Assembly: GCF_000142905.1 (NCBI RefSeq)
Contig: NW_013657667.1
Coordinates: 68,801 to 132,800, forward strand
Direction of reading: 5' to 3'
Source: Thecamonas trahens ATCC 50062
Lineage: Eukaryota > Protista > Apusomonadida
Length of the DNA stretch: 64,000 nucleotides
Below, one piece after another: positions 1 to 10,198 of this stretch. Position 1 is the stretch's first letter; every line of letters starts with the position of its first letter. The translations under genes were made by a program, and so were the position numbers. A model generated the notes under the pieces. The model did no database searches and was not told the DNA's origin. It saw only the letters and a program-made list of their open reading frames with translations.

Positions 1-2021
1 CCAGCGTCATACGAGATGTCGCGGAGCGTCCGCATGCGGTTGCTGAAGCCGACATGGACCCAGTCAGAGCCGTTGACAATCTCGTACACGGTGAGGAACT
101 TGTACCCGTGCTCGGCCACAAAGGCCAGCGCGTCGAGCATGTACTTGACGTCTTCGGCGTTGAAAAAGTAGGCAAGGCCAAACCGCGAAAAGCCGGGCTT
201 GACAATCGCCGAGTCATCGTCGAGCGACATGGCCTCAAAGAACGCCTGGATCTCTGCCCGCGTCAGCTGGAGGAGGTATGCGCCGAGCGGGCCGGCGCAT
301 GCGCATCCGCCACGCGTCTGAATACCAAACAGATCGTTGAGGAGGACTGAGACAAAGTTGTGGTGGAGGTACAGGTTCGGATGGTCGTCGGGCCCGGCGT
401 CGGGCACGGACGACTCGGACGTACCGGCGCCTGAGAGAGCCGACCGCGCCGAGTCGAGGTGAGTGTGCCACGGAACAGAGATGAGGAACGAGAAAATGGT
501 CAGGTGCTCTGCTGACGACGCTCCCAGAATGTGCACGTTGTCCATGGCTCTGAACGCCTTGCGCGCCTTGGCAAGGTACTTGGCCTCGCGCGCGTGGATC
601 GCTGCAGGCGTCACCGCTGCCTTGAGCTGGAACACAAGTCCGGCCCGGATGGCGCCGAGAATGTCCGGCGTGCCACCCTCCTCGCGGTACACCACAGCCT
701 CGAGGTACGCATGGTCGTCGGCCGTCACCCAAAACACCGTTCCGCCACCTGGGTCCGCGCACGACTTGGAGCCAAACAGCTTCTTCTTGGCCACAAGCAC
801 GCCCGGCGTCCCCGGCCCGCCCACAAACTTGTGGGTCGAGATGAACACAGCATCCTTGTCGGACACGTCGATGTCGACATACGGCGCCGCCGCAGCGTAG
901 TCAAACATGACCAGTGCCCCGTACTCGCGGAGAACCTCGGTAATCGCCTTGGTGTTCGTCATCCGGCCGGTCACGTTCGAGCCTGCGGAGAAAGATCCGA
1001 TGAGCAGCTCGGTCCGCGATGCGTACAATTCCAACTTCTCGGCGAGCTCGTCCATGTCCGGCTCGCCAAACTCGTCGAGCCCGATGAGGACAACGTGCGC
1101 CCCGGACTCGCGCCACGGCAGCAAGTTCGAGTGGTGCTCCATGAGCGAGGTAAAGACCACAGCTTGGTACGAGTCCTGCAGCTCCATGCTCTTGGTCTCG
1201 TTCCACGCGCAGTGCGACGGCTCGAGCCCTAGCACGCGCGCCACCTTGAGAATCGCGCCTGTTGAGCCCGAGCCGGTGAAGAGGACCACGTCCTCGCACG
1301 CCGAACCGTGCACCGCCTCCAGAATAATCGACCGCGCGTCCGCCATAAACGATGATGTTTGCATCGACGTAGCCGTGTTGGACGAGTGCGTGTTGCCGTA
1401 CAGCGGGAGCACCTCGTTTCGCATGTAGTGTTCGATAAACTGCAGCGACCGCCCCGACGCCGTGTAGTCGGCATAGAGCATGACCCGATCGCCAAACGGC
1501 GTCGTCACAATCTGGTTGCATCCAATCACTGCATCCTATTCCCGCCAATAGCCGCCCGCCACAGCCACATCGCCGCCACCGCCACATCACCGCCACATCG
1601 CCACCGCGTCACCCCGCCACCCCCCCCCCCCCCGCGGCCACGGAATATCCACCCCGTCCGTCCGCCACAGTCCGCCACCACCATTCCCACCCACCCAATG
1701 TAAACATATACAACGTCTTCGTGTGAGTCTGGTCTTTGTGTGCTTCCCCCCTCTCCCATGCGACCCTCCAGCCGGCCTTGCCCGGGGGGGGGGGAGGGGG
1801 GAAGGGCGGGGACGATCATGATCGTGATCACCGCCACACGGCGGGGATCAAAGGCGGGGGAGGGGGGAGGGGGAGGGGGCCCGTTGAGAGGGCAACAGTC
1901 ATGGCAGGGCGATGGCCAGGAAGCGTACGTGGATGTACTCGAGAATGTCTTGACCTTGGCAAATAGCCCCCGAGTTGGCATTGTTGCCAGAGCTACACAG
2001 CTTGGAAACAGCCTTGCCCAT
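1..2021 (-). CDS. Class-V PLP aminotransferase / cysteine desulfurase-like protein, paralogue of 5623..8675; 3' end runs off the window. Exon1 2021..1929, intron 1928..1536, exon2 1535..<1
   Basis: Manual translation: MGKAVSKLC...ILEYIH|DAVIGCNQIVTTPFGDRVMLYADYTASGRSLQFIEHYMRNEVLPLYGNTHS, PLP-lysine motif STHKFVGGPGTPG and catalytic RGGCACAGP. The GTACG..TAG intron is at the same position as in the paralogue. Confidence 0.9.
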
Positions 2022-2187
2022 GTTCGACACAAGTAGAGCGGTGAGTGTGGGCGACGTGTCGCAGCTTTCGGTGGCGCGTCGCAGCGGTCGCCCGCCTCGA
2101 CCTGCCGACCTGTCACTTGCTTGACAACGTAGACCACCGCAGGGATTTGCCATCAACAGGCGTGGCGCCATACAGGCAGCTGCTGAT

Positions 2188-3082
2188 CTAGAGCTGGGGC
2201 CCATCGCTCGTCGTGTTCTTGCTCTTGCTCTTGCTCTTGCCCTTACCCTTCCGCCTGCTCTTGCTCTTACCCTTGCCCTTGCTCTTACTTTTGCCCTTGC
2301 CCTTGCCCTTGCCCTTGCCCTTGCCCTTGCCCTTTCCCTTGCCCTTGCCCTTGCCCCGTGATCGGCTCCCCAAGTCGTCGACGGCATCGGCTGCGTTACC
2401 AGAGCGGCCGATGCGGTCCATGTCACGGATGACAGCAGAGTTGACCTTGCCGCGAGCACGAGCAAGCGCAGCATCCAGCAGCGAGACGGGCTCGCGCGAC
2501 GCCGCAGCGCCAGCAGCCTCTGAGTCTGACGCGGTGTCCGCCACAATGTGCAGCATGACCCAGAGCCCGTTGCTGGCCAGCGCCGGAATGTCGGCGCCCA
2601 CGTAGTCGCCCACGTCCTCACCTTCAGACACACCGCCCTCGTCCGAGTCAGAATCAAAGCCAAAGACTGGGAGCTTGAACCTCGCCATCCCCCCCAGCGC
2701 CGCCAAGGCCTCACCATCAACACCAGCCCCCGGCTCATCGCCATCAGCACCGTCGCCGATCTGGGCCACCAGCTGAGCCTGGATCTCCGGATCAGCAAGC
2801 ATCTCCCTCAGCCGAGCAAACGGAGTATTTCCCGGCACACCACGGAGATAGACACGGGGCATACGAAGCCGTGATGGGTGGATGCCTTCCTCCCGACCAC
2901 CTTCAGGAGACACACCGCCCGAGTCGGAGGCCTCCACATGGACGCCGACCGAGACCATGTCAGCGTAGGCCGCCCTAGCCACCACCCACGCCACCGAGCA
3001 CAACCACACCCATAAGTACCATCTGCCCACTACAGAACCCTCATCTTCCTCTCCTTGCTGCGTACTCGCCGCGGTGCGCCAT
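2188..3082 (-). CDS. Hypothetical protein with Gly-Lys/Ser-Lys repeat C-terminal tail; likely exon1 3082..3066, intron 3065..2975
   Basis: 280-aa ORF. A GTACG..TAG intron joins MAHRGE to AAYADMVSV in frame. The basic (GK)n tail is encoded at about 2215-2357. Confidence 0.6.
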
Positions 3083-3599
3083 CGTCAGCGACATCCCACA
3101 GGTCGCCCTGGAGTCGAGTGGCTGTGCCCCACCGATGACGCCATACCTTGGTCGCGCCAATACGAAGTCGATGGCTGGGAGAGACTGCCACAGGCTACGG
3201 TAGGCAAGCTACCGAGTTGCCAACCATCGCAGTGGAATGGCTGGGTACTGGGAGAGAGGACGATGACGATGTGGTGGCTTGGATCCACATCGGTCCTATG
3301 TTCTTCATCGGTGAGGCACCGAGGCAAGCACGATGGTGCCGTGGAATGAAGAAGCAAACATGGATGCCTCTGCGCAAGCTGGTCTCGCTTTTTTCAGCGC
3401 TACAACACTCTGCCACTTAGACCTTGCGCTCGCAGTGGTGATTCAGTGCGGGGGTTTGTGATCTCGCCATCGAGCTTCTGTGCACATTGTTCCGGAAACG
3501 CGCAAACTCGACGCGTGATCATTGTTTTTTTCTCTCTGGCTGACAGCCCGAGACGCCAGCAGGCTCGGATGTTCACTGGGGCGGCATTATCCCGCTGCG

Positions 3600-5009
3600 C
3601 TACAAGTAGCCCACCTCTCGCGACTGATGCAAAAGCTCGTCCCGGAATCGCGGATGTGCGATGGCGACAAGGGCCTGGACCCGCTCGGCAACGCTTTTGC
3701 CGCGGAGGGCGGCGACGCCATACTCGGTCACCACAGTGTCGATGTCGTTGCGCGAGACCGAGACCTTGGCGCCACGCTGGAGCTCAAAGGCAATCTTCGA
3801 GACATGCGAGCCGTCGGCGAGCGCGGCCGATGAGCGCATGGCGATGATGCCGCGCCCGCCGCGCGACATCTGCGCGCCGATGTGTGTCTCGGCGGCGCCG
3901 CCGACGCCTGACAGCTCACGGTGACCGACGCTCTCCGAGCAGACCTGCCCGGTGACATCGATCTCGACTGCGGTGTTGATCGACCGCATGAGGTGCTGCT
4001 TGGCGATGACGTACGGGTCGTTGACCCACGAGCCGGCGCGAAAGGCCACAACCGGGTTGTGGTGCAGAAAGTGGTAGAGCTCGGCCGTGCCGAGCGCAAA
4101 CGAGGCGGTCATGACTCCGCGCTCCGACGTCTTGTGTTTTCCAGTGATGACGCCTGCCTCGTACAGCTCGCGCATCGAGTCGTTCATCATCTCGGTGTGA
4201 ACGCCAAGATCGCGCTTGTTCCGCAGCAGTGTGGCAATAGCATTGGGAATGCCGCCGATGCCGAGCTGAATGGTAGCCCCGTCGGGCACCAGGTCGACCA
4301 CGTACTCGGCGATCCGGGTGTCGATAGCATCGGCCTTGGCTGCCGGAATGGTGATCGGCTTCCGCTCCGAGGTCACGAACATGTTGACGTCGCGGGTGTG
4401 GACCACCGTCCCCCCAGTAGTGAAAGGAATGTGCGGGTTGATCTCGAGTACCACCACCTTGGCCATGTCCAGCGCCTCCGGCTCGTACACCGCCGCTGGC
4501 CCGAGAGAGACAAACCCACGCTCATCCGGCAGCGAGCATGTGCCCCAGAACACATCGGGCTTATCCATATTGCGTGTCCACTGCGAGAGATGCTGCGGGA
4601 TGTAGTGCACCAGATCGCGGCCATGCAGCTTGCGCGTGGCTGGCGTGAGGAACATGACCTCCACCTTGAGCTTGCCCACCAGATCCTCGTCGACAAAGCA
4701 CGGATACGCCTCGGACGGGTTGGCGCACTGGATCCGGGTCCCGTGCCATCCGTTGGCCCGTGCCGCCTCGTGGACATGTGAGAAAAAGCCATGCGGCTCA
4801 CACGCTGCCATTGCCGTCACCACATGCTGCGGCTTGCCCAGGGCGTCGAGCGCCTCCTCTGGCGTCGTCATCTTGCTCGCCACGTCTGCCGGCATCTGCT
4901 CCAGCGCCTGTTTCGATCCCAGCGCAGGAGGCGCCCGCGCATACGGATTGTAGTGGCGGAATACATGCCCAAGGCCAGTCGTAACGCGTGATCTTGTCCA
5001 TCGAAGCAT
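3600..5009 (-). CDS. Acetyl-CoA hydrolase/transferase family (4-hydroxybutyrate CoA-transferase / ASCT-like), probable mitochondrial presequence
   Basis: Motifs TIQLGIGGIPNA, DLGVHTEM, SINTAVEIDVTGQV, SGVGG, VVTEYGVA and IAHPRFR. The N-terminus is Arg/Thr-rich and lacks acidic residues. Confidence 0.92.
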   Translation of the reverse strand: MLRWTRSRVTTGLGHVFRHYNPYARAPPALGSKQALEQMPADVASKMTTPEEALDALGKPQHVVTAMAACEPHGFFSHVHEAARANGWHGTRIQCANPSEAYPCFVDEDLVGKLKVEVMFLTPATRKLHGRDLVHYIPQHLSQWTRNMDKPDVFWGTCSLPDERGFVSLGPAAVYEPEALDMAKVVVLEINPHIPFTTGGTVVHTRDVNMFVTSERKPITIPAAKADAIDTRIAEYVVDLVPDGATIQLGIGGIPNAIATLLRNKRDLGVHTEMMNDSMRELYEAGVITGKHKTSERGVMTASFALGTAELYHFLHHNPVVAFRAGSWVNDPYVIAKQHLMRSINTAVEIDVTGQVCSESVGHRELSGVGGAAETHIGAQMSRGGRGIIAMRSSAALADGSHVSKIAFELQRGAKVSVSRNDIDTVVTEYGVAALRGKSVAERVQALVAIAHPRFRDELLHQSREVGYL

Positions 5010-5622
5010 GTGGCTCCAGTGTGCGGGCTGAAAGAGAGAGAGATGCGAGGCGACGAACTGCGACTGCGAACCGTGCCGCCGACTCGGACACGCTCAGCTG
5101 CACTTCCGGCGCGTGGGCGTCGTCATTCCGCCATCAGACTTGACCATGGGTAGAATGGCATGCTGCATACATGCAGAGGACGTTGGATGGAGCATCGGAG
5201 CGGATGTGAGGGAGTGGGGGTAGGTGAGCAAGTGGGTCAGTGTGGGACAGACTGTTGGCACCTGGCTGGCGGCAACGCCATTACTTTGAGCCAAGATCAC
5301 ACGTTGACAGGCTCCATACCGATGCCGACAACTGATGCCGGTGCCAATGGTGGTGCCAACGCCGATGCCGATGCCCATGTCAGTGCCATCACCAATGCCC
5401 ATCATGCCTAGCTGCAGCACCTTGGCCCCTCCCCCCCCCCCACCCTCATCCTCATCCTCATCCTCATCTCTACATCAATCAATCGCCATGACCTCCCCAT
5501 CAGCATCAGCCCAGCTGCGGCACCTTGAAGCGATGCAAGCAAGCCATCGTGACCATGGCCGTGGCTAGAACCGTGGCGGCAGGCCACCACTCTCGCCGCC
5601 ACTCTCCTCTGAATTGGCTGAC

Positions 5623-8600
5623 ATGTCGCATGGCTCGGGCCGACACCGGGTGTACGCCACAGGCACCCAAGACCGATACACATCGGATAAGACTCCAGCA
5701 AGCTCTCCGACTGGAAAAAAGCTTCTTTCCTACATCGCTGTACGTTTCTTGCTCGTCTAGCTCCTCTACATCCCCCTTCACCGCCCATGCAACCCTCGGC
5801 TCTGACCCGCCGGGATGGATGGCGTCCAGGCACCGAGGCAGGCGATGGTGATGACGATGGCCATGGCCTTGGCGATGACGATGGTATTGATACGCACAAC
5901 TCACACACAGCATCGGACATGATCTGACATGGCGGAATGTACACGGGTGATGGACGGGGGACAGGAGAATGTGATCGGGGCAAATGCGCGGTTTGCCACA
6001 GCGTTCGGGACGCGGAGCTTGGTCTACGCAGACTACACGGCGTCCGGGCGGAGTCTGGCCTTTATTGAGGACTACATCAGATCGCACGTCCTCCCGCTCT
6101 ACGGCAACTCGCACTCGTCCAACTCGGCGACGTCGATGCAGAGCACGCTGTTCTTGCACGAGGCCCGTGAGATGATTCTCAAGGCCGTCAACGGCAACCG
6201 CGACACTGATGTGGCCCTCTTCACCGGCCCGGGCTCCACATCCGCCATCCACAAGATGGTCTCCGCCCTCGGCCTTGTGGCCCCGCTCGAATCGAGCACC
6301 AGCATTGGCAACGATGACGGTGATGCCCAGGCTGTTGTCTTTGTCTCGCTCCTCGACCACCACTCCAACATCCTCCCGTGGCGCGAGTCGAGCGCGTCAG
6401 TCGTGACCATCGGCGTGAACGAGGCCGGCGAGCTCGACATGGCCCAGTTGGCGGAAGAGCTGCGTGCACATGCAGCTGCGGACCGGTTGCTCATCGGCTC
6501 CTTCCCGGCGGCATCCAACGTGACAGGGCGACTGGTCGACACCGAGGCGGTGACCAAGCTCCTTCACGCCCACGGGGCACTCGCGTTCTGGGACTACGCT
6601 ACCGCTGCGCCGTACGCCGACATCGACATGAACCCAATCTCGGCCGCCGCAGACACCTTCAAGGACGCTATCTTTATCTCGAGCCACAAGTTTGTGGGTG
6701 GGCCATCGGCACCAGGCATCCTCGTCGCCAAGCAGGCGCTTTTCGACAAGCTCCCGCGGTCGTGCGCGCCGGGCGGTGGGACTGTCTTCTGGGTCACCGC
6801 CGATGACCACGCATACCTCGACGACATCGAGTACCGCGAGGAGGGCGGGACGCCCGACATTGTCGGCGCCATCCGCGCAGGCCTGGCCTTCCAGCTCAAG
6901 TCGGCCGTCGGCGGTGAGCTCATTGCCAGCCGCGAGTCCGAGCTTGTTGCCCAAGCCGTTGCTGTCCTCGGCGCCGAGCCGAACGTCACCCTCCTTGGCG
7001 AGAGCCCCCACCACGAAGAGCACCACCTCGCTCTCTTCTCGCTCCTCATCGCTGTCCCGGGTCTGCCGACCGAGACGCCGATGTTCCTGCACTACAACTT
7101 TGTCACCGTCCTACTCAACGATCTGTTTGGGATCCAGGTTCGCGGCGGATGCGTGTGCGCCGGCCCGCTCGGCGCGCATCTTGTCGGCCTCACTCTCGAC
7201 GAGATCAAGGCCTACGTGGTGGCCATGGAGGAGGACAACGAGTTTGAAGTCCTCAAGCCAGGCTTCACCCGGTTCAACCTCCCGTACTTTGCCTCGCCTG
7301 ACGAGGTCGGCTACATCCTCGACGCCCTGGTCTTTGTTGCCCGCCACGGCCACGCCTTCCTCCCGCTCTACAAGTTCATTGGTCACACCGCCGAGTGGAT
7401 CCACGTCGGCAAGGCGCGCGCCTTCCAGCGGACCTGGTTGCAGGCCATCTCGTACAGCTCTGGCGCCATGGCCTACCCAGACTCACCGGCCTCGCAGCCG
7501 CCGGCCAGCACCGAGCTCGCCGCCCTCCGCGCCTCGTACATGGCCGAAGCCCACTCACTGCGGGAGCAGCTCGAGCGCAAGCCTCCGGCAGTCGCCGATC
7601 AGTCTGCGCTCTTCACCACCCATGGCACTGACGCCATCCGGTGGTTCCTTCTCCCGTACGAAGCCGCCACCTTGCTCCGAGGCGAGCCTCTACCGGCGCT
7701 CCCGCCACATCGGGTCCGCCCGCGGACCTACATGGGCGACTCTCGCGAGGCCAAAAAGGCGCCTGAGGATGCCATCGCCAACTCGGCTGCCGCCGACATT
7801 GCTGCCGAGATGATGCTCGCCATGGATGGCGCTGATTGGGAGGCCGACGAGGTGGCCCAGCTCCCGCCGTGTCCGGCACGAACGCCGGCTACGGCACTCG
7901 AGGCCAAGCTGGCGTCGGCCACCGTCCGCAAGCCGCCGCGCAAGCTCATGAACGCCGTCACCAAGGCCATCCGCATGTTTGGCATGATTCGAGAGGGCGA
8001 CCGTATCCTCGTTGGTGTTTCAGGCGGCAAGGACTCGCTCACCATGCTGCACACGCTCCTTGCACTCCAGCGGCGGTGGCCGGTCAAGTACGAGATCGGC
8101 GCCGTGACCGTCGACCCGCAGACTGAGGCCTACGATCCATCGGTCCTCATTCCGTACATGGCCGCGCTCGGCGTGCCGTACTTTTACGAGAAGGAGGATC
8201 TCATCGAGCAAGCCAAGACCAACCAGGACGGCGGGGCGGTGACCTCGATCTGCTCGTGGTGCTCGCGCATGAAGCGCGGTATGATCTACACAGCCATGCG
8301 CCGCGAGGGCTACAACGTCCTCGCCTTTGGCCAGCACCTCGACGACTTTGCCGAGTCGTTCATCATGTCTGCCCTCTTCAACGGAAAGCTCAACACGATG
8401 AAGGCTCACTACACCGTCGACGCCGGCGACTTGCGCGTCATCCGGCCCATGGCCTTTGCCCGCGAGTCGGCCCTCCGCGACTTTGCCTACGCCTCCGGCC
8501 TCCCGGTCGTCTCCGAAACTGCCCGGGCTGCTTCGACGCTCCCATGGAACGCTACCGCATCAAGCAGGTTCTTGCCGCCCAGGAAGCCATCCACCCGCAC

Positions 8601-8675
8601 GTCTTCTCCAATCTCAAGCGCGCACTCATCCCGCTCATGGGCGCAGACGCTGACACCATTGCCGCCACCAGCTAA
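5623..8675 (+). CDS. ttcA: Fusion of cysteine desulfurase-like (aminotransferase V) and TtcA-like tRNA thiolase (PP-loop ATPase). Exon1 5623..5739, intron 5740..5964; one-base frameshift at about 8516-8518
   Basis: N-half has YADYTASG, SSHKFVGG and RGGCVCAGP. C-half has VSGGKDS, CSWCSRMKRG, GQHLDDFAESF and VIRP. The conserved NCPGCF...ERYRIKQVL tail continues in the frame of ORF 8256..8675. Confidence 0.88.
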
Positions 8676-10033
8676 ACAAACAGTAGCGACGCAGAGTGCA
8701 GCCGCAACGACGCATGCAGCTCGGCTAGATTCGACGGTGAGTACGGCGCCGGCGAAAGGCTTTCGCGCACGACCTCGGTCTGCGGAGCGCGGAAGAGCGG
8801 CAGCGGCGTCCATGGCGCCGGCGAGGTCACATGCTCGAGCTCACGCCGAGGCTCGTCTAGTGCAGGCCCCGCTCTGACCGCAGGCTCGAGCTCGTTGACA
8901 GCGAGCTCCGGCGACGGAATCGGTTTGGCGGGCGCTGGCGACGGAAACGGCGGCGCTCGTGGGAGGCGAGTCGCCACGGGGAGCCTCGTGCGCGTCCGCC
9001 GCGGCGTTTGTGTTGCCGCAGATCGTGTCGTGGACAAAGGTGATCGGGTTGCAAGTCGGGCTGCGGGAGCAGCGACCGGAGTGGCCTGAATTGCCACAGC
9101 ATGGCGCGGCGGCGCCTTGCTGGCTTGCGGTGGCGCCGATGGCGACTGCGACCGCACCCGCACCCGCCGCGCTCGGGCCCGCGATGCTGCCGCGTACTTG
9201 GCCCGGGCAGTCGCTCGTGATCGGGCATGCGCCTTGCGACGGGCGGCTCGATCGGCGTGGCTCTCAAACGGCGACGCAACCGGACGGAGACAGCCGCTAC
9301 AGTGCGGCGACCGTCCGTGGTGCTCTGGACAGGAAATGCCATCGGCAACCGCTACAAAGTGGTCCGGATCGTGCATCCACACAATCGGAGGATCACAGCT
9401 GGATGCCGCCGGTGCAGGCGACCGTGTCGGCGATCGTGATGCCTGTAGCTGCGGGCTGTAGTACGACGCAGCGAGCATGAGCGAATCATGCGCGACGTGT
9501 CCGTGATCGTCGCCAGCTCTGTTCTCCTTGCCAGACGAGACCACCACCTGAGCCAAGACTCCAGCCTCCGCCGCGGCCTGCCGCACAGCGATCAGCGGCT
9601 TGTTGGCTCGATGCATCCGACCACCACCCACCGGCGACCGATGCTGCGGCTGGTGCCGGGCACGAGACCGATGGATCTGAGCCGCGTCCAAGCGGACTCT
9701 TGCGCGGGCCAGCATGGCCTCGGCCTCTCTACTTGCGACCGCCGCCGGATGCTCAACCCCATGCTCATGCCCAGTCCCATGCGGTTGATCATCATCTTCA
9801 TCAGAACCTTGGTCATCGGTCCCACTTCGGTCCGCCCGATGCCGCCAAGTCCGCCACGCCCGCGCCAGGCACCGCGAGCGGCGGCGCCAGTAGGCGAGAC
9901 CGGCTGCGTCTGCCACGGCCTTGCGGGTCCGCCAGCGGGTAAAGGCCTCGGCCAGAGTCCTCTGTACACGTGCTACACGCGCTGCTTCCCATGCAGGGAA
10001 CAGTGCTCGAGTCACCGCTGTCGGGCCCTCCAT
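8672..10033 (-). CDS. Hypothetical basic, Pro/Arg-rich protein with Sfi1-like W-repeats near the N-terminus
   Basis: 453-aa ATG-initiated ORF. LAEAFTRWR and LARAWRTWR resemble centrin-binding Sfi1 repeats. Confidence 0.55.
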   Translation of the reverse strand: MEGPTAVTRALFPAWEAARVARVQRTLAEAFTRWRTRKAVADAAGLAYWRRRSRCLARAWRTWRHRADRSGTDDQGSDEDDDQPHGTGHEHGVEHPAAVASREAEAMLARARVRLDAAQIHRSRARHQPQHRSPVGGGRMHRANKPLIAVRQAAAEAGVLAQVVVSSGKENRAGDDHGHVAHDSLMLAASYYSPQLQASRSPTRSPAPAASSCDPPIVWMHDPDHFVAVADGISCPEHHGRSPHCSGCLRPVASPFESHADRAARRKAHARSRATARAKYAAASRARARRVRVRSQSPSAPPQASKAPPRHAVAIQATPVAAPAARLATRSPLSTTRSAATQTPRRTRTRLPVATRLPRAPPFPSPAPAKPIPSPELAVNELEPAVRAGPALDEPRRELEHVTSPAPWTPLPLFRAPQTEVVRESLSPAPYSPSNLAELHASLRLHSASLLFV

Positions 10034-10198
10034 GGCTGAGTGCGGTGTAGAATCGGCACGCGGCGAGGGGGCGAGCCGCCGACCGACCGCTTGGTGACCG
10101 CTTTGGATGACCGCGGGCGTTGATGGGGGCGTCGATGGCGGATGATGGTATTATGGCAAAGGTTGGATTTTAGTCAACTGGTCGCCGGGTTGGCTTCT

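Noticed and set aside
2975-3030. Apparent signal peptide MGRWYLWVWLCSVAWVV
   Set aside because: It begins at GTG and lies inside a predicted GTACG..TAG intron.
8519-8877. C-terminal extension of the 982-aa ORF
   Set aside because: Out-of-frame read-through after the frameshift. The conserved TtcA tail is in the frame ending at 8675.
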